Source: Nemertoderma westbladi (lineage: Eukaryota > Animalia > Xenacoelomorpha). Taken from it: a stretch of DNA of 64,000 bases. Position 1 is the stretch's first letter. Each line of letters opens with the position of its first letter. The stretch lies in assembly GCA_032718475.1 (NCBI GenBank), contig JAUCBJ010009051.1:41181-105180 (forward strand), given 5' to 3'. The position numbers and the translations under genes were made by a program. Shown one piece after another: positions 40,401-53,500 of this stretch. The notes below the pieces were generated by a model, which was not told the DNA's origin, did no database searches, and saw only the letters and a program-made list of their open reading frames with translations.

Positions 40401-41465
40401 CAATAGTAAAGGGAAGGAAGGGTCAGGGTTGGGTGAACGCCAATAGAAAAGGGAATGAAGGGTCAGGGTTGAGTGAACGCCAATAGTAAAGGGAAGGAAG
40501 GGTCAGGGTTGAGTGAACGCCAATAGAAAAGGGAAGGAAGGGTCAGGGTTGAGTGAACGCCAATAGTAAAGGGAAGGAAGGGTCAGGGTTGAGTGAACGC
40601 CAATAGTAAAGGAAAGGAAGGGTCAGGGTTGAGTGAACGCCAATAGTAAAGGGAAGGAAGGGTCAGGGTTGAGTGAACGCCAATAGTAAAGGGAAGGAAG
40701 GGTCAAGGTTGGGTGAACGCCAATAGAAAAGGGAAGGAAGGGTCAGGGTTGAGTGAACGCCAATAGTAAAGGGAAGGAAGGGTCAGGGTTGAGTGAACGC
40801 CAATAGTAAAGGGAAGGAAGGGTCAGGGTTGAGTGAACGCCAATAGTAAAGGGAAGGAAGGGTCAGGGTTGAGTGAACGCCAATAGTAAAGGGAAGGAAG
40901 GGTCAGGGTTGAGTGAACGCCAATAGTAAAGGGAAGGAAGGGTCAGGGTTGAGTGAACGCCAATAGAAAAGGGAAGGAAGGGTCAGGGTTGAGTGAACGC
41001 CAATAGTAAAGGGAAGGAAGGGTCAGGGTTGAGTGAACGCCAATAGAAAAGGGAAGGAAGGTCATGGTTGAGTGAACGCCAATAGAAAAGGGAAGGAAGG
41101 GTCAGGGTTGAGTGAACGCCAATAGTAAAGGAAAGGAAGGGTCAGGGTTGAGTGAACGCCAATAGTAAAGGGAAGGAAGGGTCAGGGTTGAGTGAACGCC
41201 AATAGTAAAGGAAAGGAAGGGTCAGGGTTGAGTGAACGCCAATAGTAAAGGAAAGGAAGGGTCAGGGTTGAGTGAACGCCAATAGTAAAGGGAAGGAAGG
41301 GTCAGGGTTGAGTGAACGCCAATAGTAAAGGGAAGGAAGGGTCAGGGTTGGGTGAACGCCAATAGAAAAGGGAAGGAAGGGTCAGGGTTGAGTGAACGCC
41401 AATAGTAAAGGGAAGGAAGGGTCAGGGTTGAGTGAACGCCAATAGTAAAGGGAAGGAAGGGTCAG
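37488..41465. repeat. 40-bp purine-rich satellite (AAGGGAAGGAAGGGTCAGGGTTGAGTGAACGCCAATAGWA), left block (~100 copies)
   Basis: Visible tandem array. Confidence 0.99.
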
Positions 41466-44400
41466 TTTAAGTTTTAGTTTAAGTTTAAGTTTATTGTTAT
41501 TTATAGGAAAATGTTATAATTAGAACCATCACCAAAGCACAGTTTAGTTGTAATGGAATAAAAAGAAAATGTGTATGCAGTGTGCGAGGCGGTGGGTTGG
41601 TAAGGGTTGCAGCAATAGCCAGGCTAGTCGAGGCTGCCAACCGACCAAGGGTAAATGTACTGTATATGTAACTAAGTATTATATATTTGAAAAAAGATAA
41701 AATAAGAACTGTTATAAACCTTTAATAATTGTTGATCAGGATCACAAGGAAATATAATAATTTAATTAACCATTTTACAATACACTGTAGTGAAGAAACA
41801 GTCCAGTCGCAGTGTATGTGAGAAGGAAATATAATAAGATAGAGCCAGACATATAGGGAGATATTGTGTAATGTATTATTATGACGTTACGTCATGTGTT
41901 CAAATAGGTATGTTTTAAATTGACGTTTAAATGAAAATTTAGATTTGCTAATAATTAGACTAGAGGGGAGACTGTTCCACAATACTGGCCCAGTGACTGA
42001 TAATCCTTGGTGTGCTACATTGAGACGGGTTAACGGTACTACGAATTTGCCTAAAGTAGATGAACGGGTGTTATATAAATGAATATCAGACAATTTAGTA
42101 AAAAAATTTGAAAGAGGGTGATTATTAGAAGATTTTGATATATCGTACATTAACTGGCCTAATTGTAATTCAAATATAGATTCGATTGGCAAAACATTTA
42201 GTGATTTGTAAAGTGGCACAGAGTGAGCCCGGTAGTCACTAAATGTTATGCAACGCAAGATTTTATTAACTTTAATTCTTAGTGGACGTGTTATTGATTT
42301 GCAGGCAGTACCCCAAGCAAGAATTCCATAAGTGATGTAAGGATTAATTAATGTATAATACAGCGTACGTAAAATTTGGCTTGGGAAAAAGTGTCTTAAT
42401 TTATAAAAAAGTCCGGAGGATCTAGATATTTTTTTAAGGATGTAATTTATATGCGTTTTCCAGCTCAAATTGTCATCGATAAAGATACCTAAGTACTTAG
42501 TGCTATTTACCTTAGTAATTTCATTGGCTTTAATTTTAACTTTCGGTAGTCCAAGACAGTTTTTGTTACTAAAAATAGAGTATTCTGTTTTACTAAGATT
42601 AAGTGATAATGAGTTGTCTATAAGCCAGTCCGAAATTTTTTCCAGTTCAGTGTTTGTGTTGTTAATCAATAAATTTAAGTCTGAATTGAAGCCCAGTAAC
42701 GTCGTATCGTCGGCAAATAAAGTTGTCAAAAATTTGGATGCGTCCGGTAAGTCGTTCACATATAAAAGAAACAGCAATGGTGAAAGGACTGAACCCTGGG
42801 GCGTTCCGCAGGTTACCGGAAGAGTGGGTGAGATTACGCCATTTAAGGATACTGATTGTGTACGGTCTGTTAGAAAACTCCTAAGTAAAGTCTGGGGGGT
42901 GCCTCGAATTCCGTAAGATTCTAATTTTTTAAATAAGGTAGAGTGGTTCAGCGTATCAAACGCTTTTTTTAAATCTAGATAAATTGCGCAGATAGATTCT
43001 TTTGAGTCAAGGTGAAATCTAATTTTTTCTGTAACCGTTAGAATAGCCGAAGCCGTAGAAATCCTCTTTCGAAAACCGAATTGTGATGCAGTCAAAATAC
43101 AGAAACGATCTAAATAAGATTGAAGCTGTGAGTATATAACCTGTTCTAGAATTTTTGTAAAAACTGGCAATAATGATATTGGCCTATAGTTATTAGAATC
43201 TAGTGGATCACCCCCCTTAAAACATGGGATTATTTTAGATTGTTTAAGAGAAACTGGATAATGACCTGTTGTGATACATAGGTTAAATAAATATGCTAGA
43301 TGAGGTGCAATGTGTTCAGCAGCAATTTTTAATAATTTACTGGGAAAGTTGTCATTAGTAGCGCTGTTTTCATTTATTTGTAAAAGTAGGTAGTGAATTT
43401 CAGCTACAGAAGTTTCAATAAGAGTAAATGAATTCGAGTGTCGATGGTTAATGTGGCGGGTAGGGCATCGGTTAGATCGGGGTATTGTACTGGCAAGTTT
43501 TGGTCCAATAGTTGAAAAATGTTCGTTGAAAATAGATGCTATTTTATGGGGATCAGACGTTATTTTTGCCCCTACTTCTGTTCTGAAAGCAATTTTGGTA
43601 GGGCTTAGGGATTTCTTATTTTTGTGTAATACAGAGTTAATTACAGACCACGTCTTGCGCATATTTCCTTTGTTTTTTAAAAATTCTTGATTATAGAATG
43701 ATTTTTCAGCGGCTCTGATTACAGTCGTTAAATTATTACGATATGTTTTATAGGCTTTTTGGGTTTCAGAACACGGTGATTTAATATATTTTTCATATAA
43801 TTTATTTTTTTTAGAAATTGATTTAATTAGCAAAGGAGTTAGCCATGGTTTGCGTGCAATTTTTCTTTTTGTAATTATTTTTTTAGGTAAGTGTTTTTGG
43901 CATAATTGATCAAAAGAATTGTAAAAAGTGTCGAATTTTTTATCTGTCGGTATATTATGGGATCGGTAAGCTGCGAGAGGTGGTAATGAAAGGTCGAGCA
44001 AAAAACTATTTAAGTTAAATTTGCTATAATCATAACACATTTTAGTATTGGGTTGTTTGAAAAAAGCAGAATAATTATGAAATAACGCAAATGTTCCAAG
44101 GTGGTCTGTTGTGCCAATTTCTGATAAAAAAAAACGCCGGCAGTAGTAAAATCATTCGTAATATTAGTAATAATATGGTCAAGCGTTGAATTAGCACCGT
44201 GTGCAATTCGAGTGGGTTGTTTTATTAATTGGGAAAATCCGTATGATGAAAGTATCTGTAAGTATCGTGCACTTTCTGATGTCATTTTGTTTAAGTTAAC
44301 ATTGAAGTCACCAGTGAGGACGATATCTATATTTTTATCAGATACTTTCGCCAATGCGGGTTCTAGAATATTAATAAAATTATTGTAATTGACAGACGGT

Positions 44401-44576
44401 GGTCTGTATATTACACCTAACACTAAGGACTTATTGTTGGATTTTTTAATTTGCATCCATTTATTATGAATTCCCGACACAGTCAAGTCGTCTCGTTCCG
44501 TAAAGGTTAGCGTATCCTTAATGTAAATTCCCACACCCCAACCGGAACCTGAGGAACGTCCCTCTGGTCTGTCTCT
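41466..44576 (-). mobile_element. CR1/L2-group (Crack/Daphne-like, tentative) LINE, 5'-truncated, with intact 3' UTR and (TTAAAC)n tail
   Basis: APE motifs (YRPP, GDFN, LDHI) in 44010..44534. RT motifs (YRPIS, QFGFR, DLKKAFD, GTPQGSVLSP, FADD, HLYNTR) in 41887..44040. AATAAA at 41495-41490 followed by TTAAAC repeats. GGTCAG is present at both junctions. Confidence 0.94.
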
Positions 44577-47500
44577 GGTCAGGGTTGAGTGAACGCCAAT
44601 AGTAAAGGGAAGGAAGGGTCAGGGTTGGGTGAACGCCAATAGAAAAGGGAAGGAAGGGTCAGGGTTGAGTGAACGCCAATAGTAAAGGGAAGGAAGGGTC
44701 AGGGTTGAGTGAACGCCAATAGAAAAGGGAAGGAAGGGTCAGGGTTGAGTGAACGCCAATAGAAAAGGGAAGGAAGGGTCAGGGTTGAGTGAACGCCAAT
44801 AGAAAAGGGAAGGAAGGGTCAGGGTTGAGTGAACGCCAATAGAAAAGGGAAGGAAGGGTCAGGGTTGAGTGAACGCCAATAGAAAAGGGAAGGAAGGGTC
44901 AGGGTTGAGTGAACGCCAATAGTAAAGGGAAGGAAGGGTCAGGGTTGAGTGAACGCCAATAGTAAAGGGAAGGAAGGGTCAGGGTTGAGTGAACGCCAAT
45001 AGTAAAGGAAAGGAAGTGTCAGGGTGGAGTGAACGCCAATAGTAAAGGGAAGGAAGGGTCAGGGTTGATAGTAAAGGGAAGGAAGGGTCAGGGTTGAGTG
45101 AACGCCAACAGTAAAGGGAAGGAAGGGTCAGGGTTGAGTGAACGCCAATAGTAAAGGGAAGGAAGGGTCAGGGTTGAGTGAACGCCAATAGTAAAGGGAA
45201 GGAAGGGTCAGGGTTGGGTGAACGCCAATAGAAAAGGGAAGGAAGGGTCAGGGTTGAGTGAACGCCAATAGTAAAGGGAAGGAAGGGTCAGGGTTGGGTG
45301 AACGCCAATAGAAAAGGGAATGAAGGGTCAGGGTTGAGTGAACGCCAATAGTAAAGGGAAGGAAGGGTCAGGGTTGAGTGAACGCCAATAGAAAAGGGAA
45401 GGAAGGGTCAGGGTTGAGTGAACGCCAATAGTAAAGGGAAGGAAGGGTCAGGGTTGAGTGAACGCCAATAGTAAAGGAAAGGAAGGGTCAGGGTTGAGTG
45501 AACGCCAATAGTAAAGGGAAGGAAGGGTCAGGGTTGAGTGAACGCCAATAGTAAAGGGAAGGAAGGGTCAGGGTTGGGTGAACGCCAATAGAAAAGGGAA
45601 GGAAGGGTCAGGGTTGAGTGAACGCCAATAGTAAAGGGAAGGAAGGGTCAGGGTTGAGTGAACGCCAATAGAAAAGGGAAGGAAGGGTCAGGGATGGGTG
45701 AACGCCAATAGAAAAGGGAAGGAAGGGTCAGGGTTGAGTGAACGCCAATAGTAAAGGGAAGGAAGGGTCAGGGTTGAGTGAACGCCAATAGTAAAGGGAA
45801 GGAAGGGTCAGGGTCAGGGTTGAGTGAACGCCAATAGTAAAGGGAAGGAAGGGTCAGGGTTGAGTGAACGCCAATAGTAAAGGGAAGGAAGGGTCAGGGT
45901 TGAGTGAACGCCAATAGAAAAGGGAAGGAAGGGTCAGGGTCAGGGTTGAGTGAACGCCAATAGTAAAGGGAAGGAAGGGTCAGGGTTGGGTGAACGCCAA
46001 TAGAAAAGGGAAGGAAGGGTCAGGGTTGAGTGAACGCCAATAGTAAAGGGAAGGAAGGGTCAGGGTTGGGTGAACGCCAATAGAAAAGGGAAGGAAGGGT
46101 CAGGGTTGAGTGAACGCCAATAGTAAAGGGAAGGAAGGGTCAGGGTTGAGTGAACGCCAATAGAAAAGGGAAGGAAGGGTTAGGGTTGAGTGAACGCCAA
46201 TAGAAAAGGGAAGGAAGGGTCAGGGTTGGGTGAACGCCAATAGAAAAGGGAAGGAAGGGTCAGGGTTGAGTGAACGCCAATAGTAAAGGGAAGGAAGGGT
46301 CAGGGTTGAGTGAACGCCAATAGAAAAGGGAAGGAAGTGTCAGGGTTGGGTGAACGCCAATAGAAAAGGGAAGGAAGGGTCAGGGTTGAGTGAACGCCAA
46401 TAGAAAAGGGAAGGAAGGGTCAGGGTTGAGTGAACGCCAATAGAAAAGGGAAGGAAGGGTCAGGGTTGAGTGAACGCCAATAGAAAAGGGAAGGAAGGGT
46501 CAGGGTTGAGTGAACGCCAATAGAAAAGGGAAGGAAGGGTCAGGGTTGAGTGAACGCCAATAGTAAAGGGAAGGAAGGGTCAGGGTTGAGTGAACGCCAA
46601 TAGTAAAGGGAAGGAAGGGTCAGGGTTGAGTGAACGCCAATAGTAAAGGGAAGGAAGGGTCAGGGTTGAGTGAACGCCAATAGAAAAGGAAAGGAAGGGT
46701 CAGGGTTGAGTGAACGCCAATAGAAAAGGGAAGGAAGGGTCAGGGTTGAGTGAACGCCAATAGTAAAGGGAAGGAAGGGTCAGGGTTGAGTGAACGCCAA
46801 TAGTAAAGGGAAGGAAGGGTCAGGGTTGGGTGAACGCCAATAGAAAAGGGAAGGAAGGGTCAGGGTTGAGTGAACGCCAATAGTAAAGGGAAGGAAGGGT
46901 CAGGGTTGAGTGAACGCCAATAGTAAAGGGAAGGAAGGGTCAGGGTTGAGTGAACGCCAATAGAAAAGGGAAGGAAGGGTCAGGGTTGAGTGAACGCCAA
47001 TAGTAAAGGGAAGGAAGGGTCAGGGTTGAGTGAACGCCAATAGTAAAGGGAAGGAAGGGTCAGGGTTGAGTGAACGCCAATAGAAAAGGGAAGGAAGGGT
47101 CAGGGTTGAGTGAACGCCAATAGTAAAGGGAAGGAAGGGTCAGGGTTGAGTGAACGCCAATAGTAAAGGGAAGGAAGGGTCAGGGTTGAGTGAACGCCAA
47201 TAGTAAAGGGAAGGAAGGGTCAGGGTTGAGTGAACGCCAATAGTAAAGGGAAGGAAGGGTCAGGGTTGAGTGAACGCCAATAGAAAAGGGAAGGAAGGGT
47301 CAGGGTTGAGTGAACGCCAATAGAAAAGGGAAGGAAGGGTCAGGGTTGAGTGAACGCCAATAGTAAAGGGAAGGAAGGGTCAGGGTTGGGTGAACGCCAA
47401 CAGTAAAGGGAAGGAAGGGTCAGGGTTGAGTGAACGCCAATAGTAAAGGGAAGGAAGGGTCAGGGTTGAGTGAACGCCAATAGTAAAGGGAAGGAAGGGT

Positions 47501-50500
47501 CAGGGTTGAGTGAACGCCAATAGAAAAGGGAAGGAAGGGTCAGGGTTGAGTGAACGCCAATAGTAAAGGGAAGGAAGGGTCAGGGTTGAGTGAACGCCAA
47601 TAGTAAAGGGAAGGAAGGGTCAGGGTTGAGTGAACGCCAATAGAAAAGGGAAGGAAGGGTCAGGGTTGAGTGAACGCCAATAGTAAAGGGAAGGAAGGGT
47701 CAGGGTTGGGTGAACGCCAATAGAAAAGGGAAGGAAGGGTCAGGGTTGAGTGAACGCCAATAGTAAAGGGAAGGAAGGGTCAGGGTTGAGTGAACGCCAA
47801 TAGTAAAGGGAAGGAAGGGTCAGGGTTGGGTGAACGCCAATAGTAAAGGGAAGGAAGGGTCAGGGTTGAGTGAACGCCAATAGTAAAGGGAAGGAAGGGT
47901 CAGGGTTGAGTGAACGCCAATAGAAAAGGGAAGGAAGGGTCAGGGTTGAGTGAACGCCAATAGAAAAGGGAAGGAAGGGTCAGGGTTGAGTGAACGCCAA
48001 TAGAAAAGGGAAGGAAGGGTCAGGGTTGAGTGAACGCCAATAGAAAAGGGAAGGAAGGGTCAGGGTTGAGTGAACGCCAATAGTAAAGGGAAGGAAGGGT
48101 CAGGGTTGAGTGAACGCCAATAGTAAAGGGAAGGAAGGGTCAGGGTTGAGTGAACGCCAATAGAAAAGGGAAGGAAGGGTCAGGGTTGGGTGAACGCCAA
48201 TAGAAAAGGGAAGGAAGGGTCAGGGTTGAGTGAACGCCAATAGAGAAGGGAAGGAAGGGTCAGGGTTGAGTGAACGCCAATAGAAAAGGGAAGGAAGGGT
48301 CAGGGTTGAGTGAACGCCAATAGAAAAGGGAAGGAAGGGTCAGGGTTGAGTGAACGCCAATAGAAAAGGGAAGGAAGGGTCAGGGTTGAGTGAACGCCAA
48401 TAGTAAAGGAAAGGAAGGGTCAGGGTTGAGTGAACGCCAATAGTAAAGGGAAGGAAGGGTCAGGGTTGAGTGAACGCCAATAGAAAAGGGAAGGAAGGGT
48501 CAGGGTTGAGTGAACGCCAATAGAAAAGGGAAGGAAGGGTCAGGGTTGAGTGAACGCCAATAGAAAAGGGAAGGAAGGGTCAGGGTTGAGTGAACGCCAA
48601 TAGAAAAGGGAAGGAAGGGTCAGGGTTGAGTGAACGCCAATAGAAAAGGGAAGGAAGGGTCAGGGTTGAGTGAACGCCAATAGAAAAGGGAAGGAAGGGT
48701 CAGGGTTGAGTGAACGCCAATAGAAAAGGGAAGGAAGGGTCAGGGTTGAGTGAACGCCAATAGAAAAGGGAAGGAAGGGTCAGGGTTGAGTGAACGCCAA
48801 TAGAAAAGGGAAGGAAGGGTCAGGGTTGAGTGAACGCCAATAGAAAAGGGAAGGAAGGGTCAGGGTTGAGTGAACGCCAATAGTAAAGGAAAGGAAGGGT
48901 CAGGGTTGGGTGAACGCCAATAGTAAAGGGAAGGAAGGGTCAGGGTTGAGTGAACGCCAATAGAAAAGGGAAGGAAGGGTCAGGGTTGAGTGAACGCCAA
49001 TAGAAAAGGGAAGGAAGGGTCAGGGTTGAGTGAACGCCAATAGTAAAGGGAAGGAAGGGTCAGGGTTGAGTGAACGCCAATAGAAAAGGGAAGGAAGGGT
49101 CAGGGTTGAGTGAACGCCAATAGTAAAGGAAAGGAAGGGTCAGGGTTGGGTGAACGCCAATAGTAAAGGGAAGGAAGGGTCAGGGTTGAGTGAACGCCAA
49201 TAGAAAAGGGAAGGAAGGGTCAGGGTTGAGTGAACGCCAATAGAAAAGGGAAGGAAGGGTCAGGGTTGAGTGAACGCCAATAGTAAAGGAAAGGAAGGGT
49301 CAGGGTTGAGTGAACGCCAATAGAAAAGGGAAGGAAGGGTCAGGGTTGAGTGAACGCCAATAGAAAAGGGAAGGAAGGGTCAGGGTTGAGTGAACGCCAA
49401 TAGAAAAGGGAAGGAAGGGTCAGGGTTGAGTGAACGCCAACAGTAAAGGGAAGGAAGGGTCAGGGTTGAGTGAACGCCAATAGAAAAGGGAAGGAAGGGT
49501 CAGGGTTGGGTGAACGCCAATAGTAAAGGGAAGGAAGGGTCAGGGTTGAGTGAACGCCAATAGTAAAGGGAAGGAAGGGTCAGGGTTGAGTGAACGCCAA
49601 TAGTAAAGGGAAGGAAGGGTCAGGGTTGAGTGAACGCCAATAGTAAAGGGAAGGAAGGGTCAGGGTTGAGTGAACGACAATAGAAAAGGGAAGGAAGGGT
49701 CAGGGTTGAGTGAACGCCAATAGTAAAGGGAAGGAAGGGTCAGGGTTGAGTGAACGCCAATAGAAAAGGGAAGGAAGGGTCAGGTTTGAGTGAACGCCAA
49801 TAGAAAAGGGAAGGAAGGGTCAGGGTTGAGTGAACGCCAATAGAAAAGGGAAGGAAGGGTCAGGGTTGAGTGAACGCCAATAGAAAAGGGAAGGAAGGGT
49901 CAGGGTTGAGTGAACGCCAATAGTAAAGGGAAGGAAGGGTCAGGGTTGAGTGAACGTCAATAGAAAAGGGAAGGAAGGGTCAGGGTTGAGTGAACGCCAA
50001 TAGAAAAGGGAAGGAAGGGTCAGGGTTGAGTGAATGCCAATAGAAAAGGGAAGGAAGGGTCAGGGTTGAGTGAACGCCAATAGAAAAGGGAAGGAAGGGT
50101 CAGGGTTGAGTGAACGCCAATAGAAAAGGGAAGGAAGGGTCAGGGTTGAGTGAACGCCAATAGTAAAGGGAAGGAAGGGTCAGGGTTGAGTGAACGCCAA
50201 CAGTAAAGGGAAGGAAGGGTCAGGGTTGAGTGAACGCCAATAGTAAAGGGAAGGAAGGGTCAGGGTTGATAGTAAAGGGAAGCAAGGGTCGATAGTAAAG
50301 GGAAGGAAGGGTCAGGGTTGAGTGAACGCCAATAGTAAAGGGAAGGAAGGGTCAGGGTTGAGTGAACGCCAACAGTAAAGGGAAGGAAGGGTCAGGGTTG
50401 AGTGAACGCCAATAGTAAAGGGAAGGAAGGGTCAGGGTTGAGTGAACGCCAATAGTAAAGGGAAGGAAGGGTCAGGGTTGAGTGAACGCCAATAGGAAAG

Positions 50501-53500
50501 GGAAGGAAGGGTCAGGGTTGAATGAACGCCAATAGAAAAGGGAAGGAAGGGTCGATAGTAAAGGGAAGGAAGGGTCGATAGTAAAGGGAAGGAAGGGTCA
50601 GGGTTGAGTGAACGCCAATAGAAAAGGGAAGGAAGGGTCAGGGTTGAGTGAACGCCAATAGTAAAGGAAAGGAAGGGTCAGGGTTGAGTGAACGCCAATA
50701 GAAAAGGGAAGGAAGGGTCAGGGTTGAGTGAACGCCAATAGTAAAGGGAAGGAAGGGTCAGGGTTGAGTGAACGCCAATAGAAAAGGGAAGGAAGGGTCA
50801 GGGTTGAGTGAACGCCAATAGTAAAGGAAAGGAAGGGTCAGGGTTGAGTGAACGCCAATAGAAAAGGGAAGGAAGGGTCAGGGTTGAGTGAACGCCAATA
50901 GTAAAGGGAAGGAAGGGTCAGGGTTGAGTGAACGCCAATAGTAAAGGGAAGGAAGGGTCAGGGTTGAGTGAACGCCAATAGTAAAGGGAAGGAAGGGTCA
51001 GGGTTGAGTGAACGCCAACAGTAAAGGGAAGGAAGGGTCAGGGTTGAGTGAACGCCAATAGAAAAGGGAAGGAAGGGTCAGGGTTGAGTGAACGCCAATA
51101 GAAAAGGGAAGGAAGGGTTAGGGTTGAGTGAACGCCAATAGAAAAGGGAAGGAAGGGTCAGGGTTGGGTGAACGCCAATAGAAAAGGGAAGGAAGGGTCA
51201 GGGTTGAGTGAACGCCAATAGTAAAGGGAAGGAAGGGTCAGGGTTGAGTGAACGCCAATAGAAAAGGGAAGGAAGGGTCAGGGTTGAGTGAACGCCAATA
51301 GTAAAGGGAAGGAAGGGTCAGGGTTGAGTGAACGCCAATAGTAAAGGGAAGGAAGGGTCAGGGTTGAGTGAACGCCAATAGTAAAGGGAAGGAAGGGTCA
51401 GGGTTGAGTGAACGCCAATAGTAAAGGGAAGGAAGGGTCAGGGTTGAGTGAACGCCAATAGAAAAGGAAAGGAAGGGTCAGGGTTGAGTGAACGCCAATA
51501 GAAAAGGAAAGGAAGGGTCAGGGTTGAGTGAACGCCAATAGTAAAGGGAAGGAAGGGTCAGGGTTGGGTGAACGCCAACAGTAAAGGGAAGGAAGGGTCA
51601 GGGTTGAGTGAACGCCAATAGTAAAGGGAAGGAAGGGTCAGGGTTGAGTGAACGCCAATAGTAAAGGGAAGGAAGGGTCAGGGTTGAGTGAACGCCAATA
51701 GAAAAGGGAAGGAAGGGTCAGGGTTGAGTGAACGCCAATAGTAAAGGGAAGGAAGGGTCAGGGTCGAGTGAACGCCAATAGTAAAGGGAAGGAAGGGTCA
51801 GGGTTGGGTGAACGCCAATAGAAAAGGGAAGGAAGGGTCAGGGTTGAGTGAACGCCAATAGTAAAGGGAAGGAAGGGTCAGGGTTGGGTGAACGCCAATA
51901 GAAAAGGGAAGGAAGGGTCAGGGTTGAGTGAACGCCAATAGTAAAGGGAAGGAAGGGTCAGGGTTGAGTGAACGCCAATAGTAAAGGGAAGGAAGGGTCA
52001 GGGTTGGGTGAACGCCAATAGAAAAGGGAAGGAAGGGTCAGGGTTGAGTGAACGCCAATAGAAAAGGGAAGGAAGGGTCAGGGTTGAGTGAACGCCAATA
52101 GTAAAGGAAAGGAAGGGTCAGGGTTGAGTGAACGCCAATAGAAAAGGGAAGGAAGGGTCAGGGTTGAGTGAACGCCAATAGTAAAGGGAAGGAAGGGTCA
52201 GGGTTGAGTGAACGCCAATAGTAAAGGGAAGGAAGGGTTAGGGTTGAGTGAACGCCAATAGTAAAGGGAAGGAAGGGCCAGGGTTGATAGTAAAGGGAAG
52301 GAAGGGTCAGGGTTGAGTGAACGCCAATAGTAAAGGGAAGGAAGGGCCAGGGTTGATAGTAAAGGGAAGGAAGGGTCGATAGTAAAGGGAAGGAAGGGTC
52401 AGGGTTGAGTGAACGCCAATAGTAAAGGGAAGGAAGGGTCAGGGTTGAGTGAACGCCAACAGTAAAGGGAAGGAAGGGTCAGGGTTGATAGTAAAGGGAA
52501 GGAAGGGTCGATAGTAAAGGGAAGGAAGGGTCAGGGTTGGGTGAACGCCAATAGAAAAGGGAAGGAAGGGTCAGGGTTGAGTGAACGCCAATAGTAAAGG
52601 GAAGGAAGGGTCAGGGTTGAGTGAACGCCAATAGTAAAGGGAAGGAAGGGTCAGGGTTGAGTGAACGCCAATAGTAAAGGGAAGGAAGGGTCAGGGTTGG
52701 GTGAACGCCAATAGAAAAGGGAAGGAAGGGTCAGGGTTGAGTGAACGCCAATAGTAAAGGGAAGGAAGGGTCAGGGTTGAGTGAACGCCAATAGAAAAGG
52801 GAAGGAAGGGTCAGGGTTGAGTGAACGCCAATAGAAAAGGGAAGGAAGGGTCAGGGTTGAGTGAACGCCAATAGAAAAGGGAAGGAAGGGTCAGGGTTGA
52901 GTGAACGCCAATAGAAAAGGGAAGGAAGGGTCAGGGTTGAGTGAACGCCAATAGAAAAGGGAAGGAAGGGTCAGGGTTGAGTGAACGCCAATAGTAAAGG
53001 GAAGGAAGGGTCAGGGTTGAGTGAACGCCAATAGTAAAGGGAAGGAAGGGTCAGGGTTGAGTGAACGCCAATAGTAAAGGAAAGGAAGTGTCAGGGTTGA
53101 GTGAACGCCAATAGTAAAGGGAAGGAAGGGTCAGGGTTGATAGTAAAGGGAAGGAAGGGTCAGGGTTGAGTGAACGCCAACAGTAAAGGGAAGGAAGGGT
53201 CAGGGTTGAGTGAACGCCAATAGTAAAGGGAAGGAAGGGTCAGGGTTGAGTGAACGCCAATAGTAAAGGGAAGGAAGGGTCAGGGTTGGGTGAACGCCAA
53301 TAGAAAAGGGAAGGAAGGGTCAGGGTTGAGTGAACGCCAATAGTAAAGGGAAGGAAGGGTCAGGGTTGGGTGAACGCCAATAGAAAAGGGAATGAAGGGT
53401 CAGGGTTGAGTGAACGCCAATAGTAAAGGGAAGGAAGGGTCAGGGTTGAGTGAACGCCAATAGAAAAGGGAAGGAAGGGTCAGGGTTGAGTGAACGCCAA

